In this document: positions 9,974 to 20,400 of the stretch, piece by piece
How positions within the stretch are numbered: the stretch's first letter is position 1
How the letters are laid out: every line of letters starts with the position of its first letter
Assembly (NCBI GenBank): GCA_038207335.1
Contig: JBBQZX010000002.1
Location: 128,001-192,000 of the forward strand
Length of the DNA: 64,000 nucleotides
Source: Chthoniobacterales bacterium
Lineage (GTDB): Bacteria; Verrucomicrobiota; Verrucomicrobiia; Chthoniobacterales; Chthoniobacteraceae
Direction: 5' to 3'
Notes under the pieces: generated by a model
Database searches by the model: none
What the model was told of the DNA's origin: nothing
What the model saw: only the letters and a program-made list of their open reading frames with translations
Translations under genes and position numbers: made by a program

Positions 9974-11293
9974 TTATTTCGTTTTAGGGTCTCGGCTCCA
10001 CTTGGAGCCACGGAGCACTACATCTGTAGAAAATATGCGGTAATTGACGCCCTTCTTTTGCAACGCCTTTTCAAGTTCCTGAACGTCGTTTTGATACTCA
10101 TCCACCTTCTTCGCCACCTTGAACAATTGTGTGCCACCGATGTCTGTCAGAAGGTCAGGAACATTGGTCGCACTGGGGTTTAGACGGTCCATCGAGACAT
10201 CGTCCACAGCGACCATAGTCACCTGAACGATCGGAGGGAGGAGATTATCGCGGGCGGAGTTATCGATATATCTTCCTCGATCGTCTTTCGTTGCGCCTCC
10301 CTCCAGAACTCTCCACGAGTCAAATTGATAGTTTGGAGCGAGCTCTAGTACTGTTGGATCGTATTTGACGGGATCCGATTTGGGCACCGCTCGATCGCGT
10401 TCCGCCAGCTTCGGCAGAATGATCATAGCGACGATATTTTCGGCACGGACACTCGCGTAGCGGAACCGCTTTGACTTCGGAGTAATCCCCTTGATCGTAT
10501 CGCGCACGATCCCTTGCTTCATCCAAAGTGGCGGCAACCACTTATCATTGATCTCACGGTCTTTGTCCACAAGCCCAACGTAATATTCTGAATTGATGTT
10601 ATACGCCCGAGGCTCCCGCATGGTTTTTTCTTCGCGGAGCGTATTTGGGTTGGTGGTGTTGTTGGGTCGCTGGAAGATCGTGAGGGACTCCGTTGGCAAC
10701 GTCATTTCCATCAATCGGTAGCGATAGCGATTTGGATAGTTGAGGTCGTTAATAAATGTCGGACGGTCCGGGTCCGGACCATACTCAACAAAATATCCAC
10801 AGGCACACAGCGCGCTATCGATGCGTGCGAAACGCAGTACATCAGGCTTACTGGAGCTGACGGGTTCTTGAGTGAAACCTAAAGGAGCTTGAAAGAATAT
10901 ACAATCACCCGGATAAGATTTTTCTGTCGGTTGAATCAGGCTGTCGCTGACGGACGGCAGGGCGTCGAAGACTCTGGCAGTCGGAGCCGACATAAATTGC
11001 AAATCCGCTTGACGGCGAAATTTATAGGAGACATTCAACTTGGTGACGTCGCTGTCATACGCCCGCCAATAAGTGTTTAACGTCGCCTGGCTCAACCGTC
11101 GGGTCATTGATTCGAAAGCGTCTCGCGCGCCTTGGAACTGCGTTGTTTTTTGGTTCGTACGACGGACGACCCGCTGCGTCTGATCCACAGTGGTCAGCAA
11201 TAGCACCATGATCGTTCCGAGCAGAGCTGTCGAAACGAGAAGTTCAACAAGGGTAAATCCGAGGGAGCGTGTGTTTGTGTGTCTGGGGCTCAT
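9974..11293 (-). CDS. vccC: Verru_Chthon cassette protein C (prepilin-type N-methylation, PilW-like)
   Basis: GFTLVELLVS prepilin motif; FQGARDAFESMTRRLSQATLNTYW, FFQAPLG, CGYFVEYG, LPPIVQVTMVA, SKWS. Confidence 0.9.
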   Translation of the reverse strand: MSPRHTNTRSLGFTLVELLVSTALLGTIMVLLLTTVDQTQRVVRRTNQKTTQFQGARDAFESMTRRLSQATLNTYWRAYDSDVTKLNVSYKFRRQADLQFMSAPTARVFDALPSVSDSLIQPTEKSYPGDCIFFQAPLGFTQEPVSSSKPDVLRFARIDSALCACGYFVEYGPDPDRPTFINDLNYPNRYRYRLMEMTLPTESLTIFQRPNNTTNPNTLREEKTMREPRAYNINSEYYVGLVDKDREINDKWLPPLWMKQGIVRDTIKGITPKSKRFRYASVRAENIVAMIILPKLAERDRAVPKSDPVKYDPTVLELAPNYQFDSWRVLEGGATKDDRGRYIDNSARDNLLPPIVQVTMVAVDDVSMDRLNPSATNVPDLLTDIGGTQLFKVAKKVDEYQNDVQELEKALQKKGVNYRIFSTDVVLRGSKWSRDPKTK

Positions 11294-11312
11294 GGGAGAT
11301 AATTTGATGCGA

Positions 11313-11918
11313 TTAATTGCTGGCGATCGAGCTATCCATCTGAGCGACGACGATCGCCCGCGTATGAATCTCGCTGCCTTTGTCAGTCTTTTTCAAGTCT
11401 TCGGCGGTCTTGATTGAATCGAAGGTAGCCATTACTCCGGGCTTGAATGACGGAGCGAACAAAAGAACGACTCGATAGGCGCCGGGGAGTTGTTCCGCTT
11501 TTTCGCCGTCAGCACGCGGTCTTTCGGCATTGTCGATGATCAGCTTGACCGCGTATCGGCGCTCGGAAGTGACCTTGGCATCGCTGGAGCCGGCGTGGCT
11601 CGTGGAGACCCAGTCCGTCATCTTTCCCTGCTCGTCAAAGTAGTAAATAGTATCGCTTTTGTCCGAGCCGAGATCACGGACTTTCGACCAGTCGGTGACT
11701 TGGATCATCGAACTGATGTCCTGCATGATCCATGTTTCGTTGGAGGAGTCGATCGCGCCGCGGAAGGTGTTCAGGCCGGTCGGGAGCAGACCGAAAAGGG
11801 CGACGAAGGCGAATGCGATGATCCCGATCGCGAGGGTGATCTCGACAAGGCTGAAGCCGGACTCAGAATTCTGGCGGTACGAAAAGCGGTCGCCGAGCGG
11901 GGGGTGCGGGAAGTGCAT
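11313..11918 (-). CDS. vccB: Verru_Chthon cassette protein B (prepilin-type, PilV-like)
   Basis: GFSLVEITLAIGIIAFAFVALFGLLPTGL and YYFDEQG motifs. Confidence 0.88.
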   Translation of the reverse strand: MHFPHPPLGDRFSYRQNSESGFSLVEITLAIGIIAFAFVALFGLLPTGLNTFRGAIDSSNETWIMQDISSMIQVTDWSKVRDLGSDKSDTIYYFDEQGKMTDWVSTSHAGSSDAKVTSERRYAVKLIIDNAERPRADGEKAEQLPGAYRVVLLFAPSFKPGVMATFDSIKTAEDLKKTDKGSEIHTRAIVVAQMDSSIASN

Positions 11919-11924
11919 ACTTTG

Positions 11925-11953
11925 TATTTACATTGCCAATTTTTGAACGTCAA
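11925..11953 (-). promoter_or_regulatory. Possible sigma70-type promoter for the vccB-C-A operon
   Basis: Minus strand TTGACG-N17-TAAATA in an AT-rich patch ending 6 nt before the vccB ATG; the -10 match is imperfect. Confidence 0.35.
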
Positions 11954-12036
11954 CGGTTTTGCCGAATTTTTTTCCCCCAAACTCGGTTTTTTCTCGATGA
12001 ACGTGGTCCGCCATCGGAATGGATGCGGCTCACCGA

Positions 12037-12885
12037 ATGAGTGACATTGTCATCCAAAAACACACCGCGTGGGATTTGAGGCTCGGAGATTGTCTCACAG
12101 GGATGTCCGCGCTGGCGGAGGAGTCGGTCGATGTTGTGGTGACTTCGCCGCCCTACAATCTGGACATCGCGTATGCCACGTTTCGAGACGATGCGCCGAG
12201 GGCGAATTATTTGGAATGGTGCGCGGCTTGGGCAGCGGAGTTGCGGCGCGTGTTGAAGCCGGGCGGATCTTTTTTTTTGAACGTGGGCGCTTCTCCGAAG
12301 AATCCGCTGCTCCCGCATGAACTCGTGATCCGGCTGCGCTCGATTTTTCAACTCCAAAATACGATCCACTGGATCAAGTCGATCACGGTGCAGCCAAGGC
12401 GCGCGGCGGAGATTTCGGTGGGCCATTTCAAGCCGATCAACTCGAAGCGTTTTCTCACGGACTGCCATGAGTATGTTTTTCACCTAACGAAAAATGGCGA
12501 CGTGCCGCTCGACCGACTCGCGGTGGGGGTCGAGTATGCGGACAAGAGCAACATAGCGCGATGGGGGCACACGAGGGGGCACGACCGGCGGTGCCGCGGG
12601 AATAATTGGTTCGTGCCGTATGAGACGATCGTGAGCCGGAAGTCGGAGCGTCCGCATCCGGCGACGTTCCCCGCGCGGCTGGCAGAGATGTGCGTGCGGC
12701 TGCATGGGGTGCGCAATGGGATGACCATGCTCGATCCGTTTCTCGGGATCGGGCACAGCGCGCTGGCGGCACGGACGTGCGGGGTGGCGCGGTTCATCGG
12801 GTTCGAGATCGACGCGGGATATTTGCAGGAGGTGCGCGCGCGGCTTGAACTTCCTGCGGCACCGCACGACGCTGCGCCGGAGTAA
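12037..12885 (+). CDS. Site-specific DNA amino-methyltransferase (N4-C/N6-A, beta-class motif order), orphan
   Basis: LGDC, catalytic VTSPPYN near the N-terminus, HPATFP, SAM-binding DPFLGIG near the C-terminus, GFEID. Confidence 0.9.
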   Translation: MSDIVIQKHTAWDLRLGDCLTGMSALAEESVDVVVTSPPYNLDIAYATFRDDAPRANYLEWCAAWAAELRRVLKPGGSFFLNVGASPKNPLLPHELVIRLRSIFQLQNTIHWIKSITVQPRRAAEISVGHFKPINSKRFLTDCHEYVFHLTKNGDVPLDRLAVGVEYADKSNIARWGHTRGHDRRCRGNNWFVPYETIVSRKSERPHPATFPARLAEMCVRLHGVRNGMTMLDPFLGIGHSALAARTCGVARFIGFEIDAGYLQEVRARLELPAAPHDAAPE

Positions 12886-13836
12886 ATGCTCGCATTCATT
12901 TTCCGCCGCACTATCGGCATGGCTGTCGTGCTGCTGTGCGTCATCACGCTCACGTTCTTTCTCGTGCGGCTCGCGCCTGGCGGGCCGTTTTCGACGGAGC
13001 GGAAATTGCCCGAATCGGTGGAGAAGCAGTTGCTCGCGCGGTTCAATTTGGGCGGATCGAAGTGGGAGCAGTTCACGACGTATCTCGGCGTGCGCCTGAA
13101 CAATTCGGGGCAGTTCAGCGGGCTGCTGGAGGGGGATTTGCAACCGTCTTTGAAATATCGCGATCGGTCCGTGAATGGTCTCATCGCTGATTCGCTGCCA
13201 GTCTCGGCAGTGCTCGGCGGGAGCGCGTTTTTGCTCGCGACGCTCGTGGGCGTGTGGCTCGGAAGCGTGGCGGCCGTGAGGCAGCACACGGTGATCGACA
13301 CGGCGTCGATGCTCGCGGCGCTGGCGCTCATCAGCGTGCCGGCATTCGTCGCAGGGCCTGTGCTGGTGCTGGTCTTCGCGCTGTGGCTGCGCTGGCTGCC
13401 GGTCGGCGGCTGGGGCTCGCCGGCGAGTCTCGTGCTTCCGGCGTTCACGCTCGCTGGGCCTTACATCGCGTACATCGCGCGGCTTATGCGCTCGAGCATG
13501 CTGGAGGTTTTGCATCAGGATTTCGTCCGCACGGCGCGGGCGAAAGGGCTGCGCGAGACACGCGTGATCGCGAAGCATGTGTTGAAGGTCGCGCTGCTGC
13601 CGGTCGTGAGTTTTCTCGGGCCGCTCGCGGCAAATCTCCTCACGGGCTCGATCGTCGTGGAGACGATTTTCAACATCCCCGGCATGGGCGGGTTTTTCGT
13701 GAACTCGATCCTGAACCGCGACGTCTTCCTCCTCAGCGGCGTGGTCATCGTCTATTGCGCGCTACTCGTCGTGCTGAATCTCTTCGTCGATGTCGGCTAC
13801 ACGCTGCTCGACCGCCGCATCAAGCTCTATGACTGA
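12886..13836 (+). CDS. oppB: Oligopeptide ABC transporter permease, OppB family
   Basis: LAPGGPF, MRSSMLEVLHQDFVRTARAKGL (EAA loop), ETIFNIPGMG, LDRRI. Confidence 0.92.
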   Translation: MLAFIFRRTIGMAVVLLCVITLTFFLVRLAPGGPFSTERKLPESVEKQLLARFNLGGSKWEQFTTYLGVRLNNSGQFSGLLEGDLQPSLKYRDRSVNGLIADSLPVSAVLGGSAFLLATLVGVWLGSVAAVRQHTVIDTASMLAALALISVPAFVAGPVLVLVFALWLRWLPVGGWGSPASLVLPAFTLAGPYIAYIARLMRSSMLEVLHQDFVRTARAKGLRETRVIAKHVLKVALLPVVSFLGPLAANLLTGSIVVETIFNIPGMGGFFVNSILNRDVFLLSGVVIVYCALLVVLNLFVDVGYTLLDRRIKLYD

Positions 13837-14779
13837 CGCCGCGCCGCCGCCGCCCGGCGCATGGCAGCGCCTCCGCCGCAACCGCGTGGCGCTCCTCGCG
13901 ATGTCCCTGCTCGCGATCATCGTGGCCTTCGCGCTATTTGCGCCTGTCGTCTTTCACACCGATCCGCACTCGACCTCCGGCGCGCAATTTTCGCCGCCCT
14001 CCGTGCAGCATTTCTTCGGCACGGACCTGAATGGCCGCGACGTCTTTTCGCGCGTGATCGAAGGCGCGCGCATCTCCCTGCTCGTCGGCCTCAGCGGCGC
14101 GCTGGTGAGCTTTTTCATCGGTACGGCGTACGGCCTGGTCGCCGGATACGCGGGCGGCGCGGTCGATTCGCTGATGATGCGCTTCGTGGAAATCCTCTAC
14201 GCGATCCCGCGGCTCATCATCATCATCATCGCGTCATTCGTGCTCGACCCGATCGTGAAGGCGTGGCTCTCCGAACCCCATTTTCAAATCACGATCGCAT
14301 CGAACCACTACGCGCTGAATGTTGCCGCGCTCATCGGATATTCGAAAATCCTGATCCTCATCCTAGCGCTCGGCCTCATCGAGTGGCTCACGATGGCGCG
14401 CATTGTCCGCGGTCAGGTGCTCGCTTTGAAAAATCAGCAATTCGTGCTCGCGGCGCGCAGTCTGGGGCAGAGCCATTTCAAAATCATCACGCGGCACTTG
14501 CTGCCCAATCTGCTCGGCGTCGTCGTGGTGTACCTGACGCTCACGATCCCCGCAGTCATCCTCGACGAGTCGTTTTTGTCCTTCCTCGGCCTAGGCATCC
14601 AGGCGCCGCAAGCGAGCTGGGGCAGCCTCCTCGCCGACGGCGCGCAAGTCATCAATCCTATCAAAAGCTACTGGTGGCTGCTCGTCTTCCCCGCCGCCGC
14701 GATGTCGCTCACGCTCGTGTCGTTGAATTTCCTCGGAGACGGCCTCCGCGACGCGCTCGACCCGCGCCAGCGGCGGTGA
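13829..14779 (+). CDS. oppC: Oligopeptide ABC transporter permease, OppC family
   Basis: WQRLRRNRVA, HFFGTDLNGRD, ARIVRGQVL, ESFLSFLGLG, GDGLRDALDPR; start overlaps the end of oppB. Confidence 0.92.
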   Translation: MTDAAPPPPGAWQRLRRNRVALLAMSLLAIIVAFALFAPVVFHTDPHSTSGAQFSPPSVQHFFGTDLNGRDVFSRVIEGARISLLVGLSGALVSFFIGTAYGLVAGYAGGAVDSLMMRFVEILYAIPRLIIIIIASFVLDPIVKAWLSEPHFQITIASNHYALNVAALIGYSKILILILALGLIEWLTMARIVRGQVLALKNQQFVLAARSLGQSHFKIITRHLLPNLLGVVVVYLTLTIPAVILDESFLSFLGLGIQAPQASWGSLLADGAQVINPIKSYWWLLVFPAAAMSLTLVSLNFLGDGLRDALDPRQRR

Positions 14780-14799
14780 TGCTGAGCGGCCAACGTGGA

Positions 14800-15144
14800 C
14801 TAAACGTCCGCTCCCAGCGCCCGCAACTTTCTCCGGCACTCCTCCGGGACGGAAAGAAAAGCCACCGTCGTCCGAAACATCCGCTTGTCCCCCACCCGCA
14901 CCATTTCGCACCTCGCCACCAATCCCTCCACCGCCGATCGCTCCTGCTCTCCACTGAACTCCGACTTCACACAAGCCACCGAAATCACCGACCCCTCCTC
15001 GAATTGCCAGCAGGAATGGAAACACATGCCGTGCTCGCTCACCTCGAGTTCTCCCGGTTCGCACACCTGCGAGTCCGCTCCGAAATCGAGGAACAAGACC
15101 GATGCCTGCCTGGTTCTGGGGATGTCGATCGCGCTCTGAATCAT
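14800..15144 (-). CDS. Small PilZ-like beta-barrel protein (non-canonical)
   Basis: EVSEHGMCF...AVEGLVARCE...TTVAFL resembles the PilZ pattern; no RxxxR motif; start placed at MIQSAID. Confidence 0.5.
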   Translation of the reverse strand: MIQSAIDIPRTRQASVLFLDFGADSQVCEPGELEVSEHGMCFHSCWQFEEGSVISVACVKSEFSGEQERSAVEGLVARCEMVRVGDKRMFRTTVAFLSVPEECRRKLRALGADV

Positions 15145-15232
15145 ACCGGAGTGCGTAAGGCTAACACGCGAAGGCACCGTGTCAAAAAAGCGGCTGCAAA
15201 TTTCCGGTCGAAGCGAAGCGGGCCTTCGCCGG

Positions 15233-15469
15233 CTACGGAGCTTCGATGGAACGCGGGCTCCGCTCCCAGATTTCACGCACCTCTTCCTGCGTCAGCAGTG
15301 GCGCACCTTTGACCATCCGGCAGAATTCTTTCTTGCTCACACGATGGTGCTCGCCTTCGCCCGTCAGCAGATTTCTGACCACCTTAAACTGCACCTCCAA
15401 GCGCTCGAGCTGCACGATGCGCAGGAAAGTCTCACCCTGCCGATATACCTGATTTTGAGCGAGCTTCAT
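15233..15469 (-). CDS. Small hypothetical protein
   Basis: MKLAQNQVYRQGETFLRIVQLERLEVQFK...VSKKEFCRMVKGA has protein-like composition and fills the gap between same-strand genes. Confidence 0.65.
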   Translation of the reverse strand: MKLAQNQVYRQGETFLRIVQLERLEVQFKVVRNLLTGEGEHHRVSKKEFCRMVKGAPLLTQEEVREIWERSPRSIEAP

Positions 15470-15583
15470 GCCCCGATCGTGCGCGGAAAAGGGCACGCGG
15501 CGCGAGTGCGGAATCGTATCGAGAATTGAGGCTAGCTCGCGCGTGGGGCTGCTATTCGCCTAACGCGCGTCGGGGCGTTTTTT

Positions 15584-16675
15584 TTAGTGAATCGAAACCG
15601 GCACGCCTTTCGTGACTTTTCCCGCGACACGGACCACGTCCCAATTCGCGAGCCGGATGCAGCCGTGACTCTCGGAGCGACCGATCGAATCCGGGTCGCT
15701 CGTCCCGTGCAAACCGATACCCTTTTTATTCAGAGCGATCCACATCACGCCGACCGGATCGTTCGGACCGGGAGGCAGGATGTGAAAATTGTCGCTTCGC
15801 TCGCCGTGATTCAGCATCGCTTCATCCCAGCGAAAGTTCGGCATTTTGGCGATCGTGGTCACCTTCCAATCGCCGATCGGTGAGACGTTTTGATTCGACC
15901 CGATCGTCACCGGAAACGCGGCAATGAGTTTCTCTTTCTCGAAAATGCTGACCATGTTCGTCTTTGTGTCGATCCTCACCGAAATCGACGACGGCGCGGA
16001 CTTGTCATCCGATTTCGTGTCCTCTTTTTTCGATGAATCGGCACCGGATTTCTCGTCGCCGAGATCGTTCGCGGCGATGTCGCTACCGGGTTTCAAGTCC
16101 TTCACTTCTGCGAGTTCAAACGGCTCGACGTTCGGCACCTTTAGCTGATCGCCCGCCTTGATCTCCTTCGTTTTCCCCGGATTGATCTCGGCGAGGAAAT
16201 CGATGTCACAGTGAAATTTTTCGGCGATGGCCTCGGCCGCACTTTGATAGGGGAGCGACTTCAGCTTTGCTTTCGCAGGCACGGAATCCGGCACCTCGCC
16301 GACGTTCTTCAAATCCGCATCCGTGACGGTATAGCTGATGAACACAGGGTTCACGCTGGCGAGATCAAGCCCCGCGGTGTCTGGCGTCGGCTGCTTCGGC
16401 GCGCCCTTGGTTTGCTCTTTTTTCCTAGACTCCGACGTCGCGGAAGGCGCGGGCTTCTCGCCGCGCGATTCACGATAAAGCGCGAGAGCTTTGCGCGTGA
16501 ATTCGCCACTGCGTCCGTCGATTTTTCCGGGTCCAAACTCCGCGCGATCGAGGAAAACCTGAAGTCGAGTGCCGGCCTCGATTTGTGCGTTTGTCAGTGG
16601 CTTCGCCTCTGCGGCGTTGAGCGATGCCGCTGAGATGAGAGCCGCGAAGAGAGCGAGTGGAGCGATGGAGTTCAC
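15584..16675 (-). CDS. L,D-transpeptidase (YkuD/ErfK family), secreted
   Basis: Signal peptide, LQVFLDRAEFGPGKIDG PG-binding-like segment, PPGPNDPVG, catalytic GLHGT...SHGCIRL. Confidence 0.92.
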   Translation of the reverse strand: MNSIAPLALFAALISAASLNAAEAKPLTNAQIEAGTRLQVFLDRAEFGPGKIDGRSGEFTRKALALYRESRGEKPAPSATSESRKKEQTKGAPKQPTPDTAGLDLASVNPVFISYTVTDADLKNVGEVPDSVPAKAKLKSLPYQSAAEAIAEKFHCDIDFLAEINPGKTKEIKAGDQLKVPNVEPFELAEVKDLKPGSDIAANDLGDEKSGADSSKKEDTKSDDKSAPSSISVRIDTKTNMVSIFEKEKLIAAFPVTIGSNQNVSPIGDWKVTTIAKMPNFRWDEAMLNHGERSDNFHILPPGPNDPVGVMWIALNKKGIGLHGTSDPDSIGRSESHGCIRLANWDVVRVAGKVTKGVPVSIH

Positions 16676-16711
16676 CCTCTTCTATCGGCCAATCGCAAAT
16701 TGGTGGCTGTG

Positions 16712-17440
16712 CTATCGGCGCGAGATGTGGACCTCGGGGCGGTAGGTTACGCGGACGAGCAACTCTCCTCGCCCGCCTCGGGGCTTCGGCATTCCCTCGT
16801 TTGGAATTCGCAGGATTTCGCCGCGCCCAACGCCCGCCGGAATGCTGATGCGCAATGGCGCGCCGGTCGGGCCAGAGAGCATTTCCGATGCACCTTTTGC
16901 CGCGCGGCGCGCGTCGATTCTCAGATCGCAGCGCAGGTCTGAGCCGCGCACTTTGAATCGAAAGCCCGGCAACGCGCGCAGCCTCACGACGACGAATCCA
17001 TCTTCGAATGGCGCGGTGCGCGGAATGCGGAAACGCGCGCCAGGCGCTGTGCCGGCGGGCACTGCGAGCTGATACTGCTCCGCTCCGTTTGGGTTCGCCG
17101 GATCGTTCACACGGATCTCGAGCGAAGCGCCGCGAATGAAATCCTCGATGCGAAGATGCGCGTCCTTCGCGATGTTTTTTTCCAGCTTCGCTGCGCGCTT
17201 CGGCTCGCGCGGGATATCGGCGGCAGCGAGTTCGCGATCATATGCGCGCCGCCGGGCAGGGTCGCTCAGTGTCTCGTGCGCCGCGTTGAGTTCGCGCGTG
17301 CGCCGGGCTGCGTCCGAGTCTGGATTGACGTCGGGATGATGGCGTTTCGCCAAGATGCGAAACGCGCTGCGAATCTGCGCAGCGGTGCATCGTCGGTCGA
17401 GGCCGAGCGTCGCGTAATGATCCGTTTCCAGCGATTCCAC
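16712..17440 (-). CDS. J-domain protein with DnaJ C-terminal domain
   Basis: DHYATLGL...HHPDVNP...[11 protein letters not shown]-terminal [17 protein letters not shown]. Confidence 0.88.
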   Translation of the reverse strand: MESLETDHYATLGLDRRCTAAQIRSAFRILAKRHHPDVNPDSDAARRTRELNAAHETLSDPARRRAYDRELAAADIPREPKRAAKLEKNIAKDAHLRIEDFIRGASLEIRVNDPANPNGAEQYQLAVPAGTAPGARFRIPRTAPFEDGFVVVRLRALPGFRFKVRGSDLRCDLRIDARRAAKGASEMLSGPTGAPLRISIPAGVGRGEILRIPNEGMPKPRGGRGELLVRVTYRPEVHISRR

Positions 17441-17479
17441 CCTGCAACGCTACATCGCCCTCTGCGCACCGAAATGAAT

Positions 17480-20400
17480 TTAAACCACACCGACCACAAG
17501 ATGGCCGTGCCGCCGGGCACCACCGCGGCGGCGCAGGCCGAGGCCAGCGACAGCCGCGAGCAAAAGGCCAAGTGAGCCGGGTTCCGGGATGGAAAGGAGC
17601 TGCACGGCGACGTCGTTCCCGGAGCCGACGGCGAAGTTGCTCGTCGCGGCATCCGCGCTGTAGTTCACGAGCACCCGGAAGTTGTTACCGTAGTCGATCG
17701 TGCCCGTTCCGTTGCCGTTGTTCGCGGCGTTGGCAAAGGTGCCGAAGACGCTGTCGCCGCCGTCATTCAGAATGATGAAAAAGGTGTCGTTCACAGCTGG
17801 CGTAAAACCGCCGATGATCGACGAAAGCAGATCGCCGCTAAGGGAAACGGCGCCTGTCACATTCAGCCGGTCGAAGCTGCCGATCGTGGTGCCACCGAGT
17901 TCGATGGAAAGATGCGCGGTCGGCGCGCTGAGATTGAAATCACCGGTGGCCAGCGTGCCCGTGCCCACGACTCCCGGCGCGATTGTCGCGCCCGCGGCGA
18001 CGGTGGTCGGGCCCACGACCCGCCCGGTTCCGCCGAGCATGCCGGCGTTCACGTTCACCGAGCCGGTGATGGAGCCGTTCACGAAAAGAGGCCCGCCCGC
18101 GACGCTTACACTGCCCGTGCCCGTGCCTGCGCCGGCGATGGCGAGAGAGCCCGCGCCGGTTTTCACGAGTCCACCGTTATTGCCCAGATTCACAACACCG
18201 ATGGTGACAGCGTTGCCCGCCGCGAGGTCGAGCGTGCCTTGCGTGAAGTCGCTCTGCAGTGTGATCGAATCGGCAGCACTCGCCAGCGGAGCGGCGTGAC
18301 TTTTCAAAACGAGGCTCCCCGAGCCGCCTGTGAAAGTGATCGCATCGGCCGTAAAGCCGCCTGCACTCAAGGTTCCGGAGTCGTCGATGCGGAGCTGGCC
18401 GCCCGGCGTATTCGGCGCCGAGAACACGCCGAGCTGCGTCGCGGAGCCGGGATTGATGAATGCCTGTGTGGCGAATGCGACGCCCGACCCGATGGCGAAT
18501 TTCGCATCGATCTGCGCGCCGCCCGTACCGTTATAGTAGCCGATGGCAAATTTGTAGCTGCCCGCGGCGAGGTTCACCGTGTTCGTCACGGTGACGACGC
18601 CGTGCGGCCCGAGGTTGCCGATGACACGCTCGTTCGTCTCGAAGATGCCGTTCTGATTCAAGTCGATGTAGATGCTGCTGCCGTCGTCGCTGTTCGTGCC
18701 AAAGCTGATGTCGCCCGCCGGCAGATTTGCTCCGCCAACATTCAGTCGCCCGACCCACGCGACGCCTTCGTTGTCGGTGTTCGCGTAAAAATTCGGAACG
18801 ATCGCATTCGCTCGAGTTTGAATGTCCCCACCGTTGAAGTTGAGGTTCACATTTGTGAGGGTGCCAATCGCACCGGGAGTGAGCGTGCGGAAAGTGTTTC
18901 CGTTTTCAAATGAGATGAATGGGTCGCCATTTGCGCCCGTAAAATCCCCGACGCCGACATCACCCGGGCGGAAATAGCGGCCTTGGAGCTGGTCGGCTGG
19001 TCCTGCAGTCGCGTGCGGTTTCGTCGTCCCAATCACGATGTTGCCGAGGTCGGCTACCCCGCTTTTTACCTGCAAAACCGAGTCGTTCGTGATCCCCGTG
19101 CCCGCGAAGGACGCGGACCCGCCGAAGCCCGCGTCGAACTGCAGCGTGCCGCCAGTGACGTTGACTGTCGTCGAACCGATGCCGCCGGTCGCCGCGGTAA
19201 CGTGCGCGATGCCGCCCGTGATGCTGACTGGACCGGCGGATATGAGCGCGGCGCTGCCGTTGTAAGTACCACCGCTGACCACGAGATTGTTCACGCTGAT
19301 CGGAACGTTCGCATTGAAAACGCCACCGCTGACGCTAGCCGTACTTGGGATCGCGAGCCCGCCATTCACGGAAAATACGCCGCCGGAAACCACGAGCGGG
19401 CCGGCAAAATTATTCGTCGCGCCGTTTAAATTCACGGTCCCCGTGCTAGTCACGCCACCCGCGCCGGTGATGTTCCCCGCGACGTTCAGCGTGTAGCCGT
19501 TCGCGGTGCCGAGCGTCACCACTTTACCTGCAGCCACGGTCACGTTCTTCGTGCCGCCAATCTGGACGAATTGATTCGCCGCACCGCCTGTCGCCTGCAG
19601 CCCTTGGATCGTCGCATTTTGTGCGACCGTGACGGCATTGTCGAAAGTGGCAAACGTCGTGCCGCTCAGCCCGAGCGTGCCGCCGTTCAGCGTCACCGTC
19701 CCAGCGCCGAGCGCCGAATTATTCCCATCGCTCAGCGCTGCGAGCGTGCCGCTTTGAATCGTGAACACCGTCGTCGCCGTCGCGCCCGATGGCGCGCTTG
19801 TGCCCGCGAGCGTCCACGTCCCCGCATCTTGCTTCGTCACGTTTCCGCTGCCGGTGAGCGGCGAAGTGATCGAGCCGTTGCCAGCGCCGAGCAGCGTCAG
19901 CGGTGCAGCACCATTCACGACCGTCCCGCCAACGGAGAAGAGCTGCCCCGGCGCCGCAGACTCCAGTCCGCCGCCGCCCGCAGCGAGCGTGATGCCGCGC
20001 TGGGTCGTCGCGCCATTGCCCGTGTAGCGGAGCGTGCCCGCAGTTGCCACGTCGCCTAGCACGAGGTCGCTCGTACCCGCGCCGAGCGGTTGCGGCGTGC
20101 CCGTGGCCGCAAATCCCGGCACGCTGAGCGTTCCGTTTTTCACGGCGACCGAGCCGCTGAACGTATTTGCACCGGTCAGCGCAAGCACGCCGGCACCGAT
20201 CTTCGTGACCCCGCCGACGCCCGCGATCGTCCCATCAAACGCTCCGGAACTCAGCGACAGCTCAGTCGGCCCGGCGAGATTGACCGTCCCCGATGCGACG
20301 CCGGTGAGCGCGCCGAGCGTCTGCGTCGATCCGAGAAAAATCGCGCTGCCGGCGACATCGAGCGCGGTCGTGGAACCGAGCGCGCCGAGCGACGAGACAT

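Noticed and set aside
12037..12885. Restriction-modification or other defence system around the methyltransferase
   Set aside because: No endonuclease, specificity subunit or other defence gene is adjacent.
15557..15586. Hairpin plus T-tract after the L,D-transpeptidase gene
   Set aside because: The stem is imperfect and the T-run is on the strand opposite to the flanking genes, so it was not called as a terminator.
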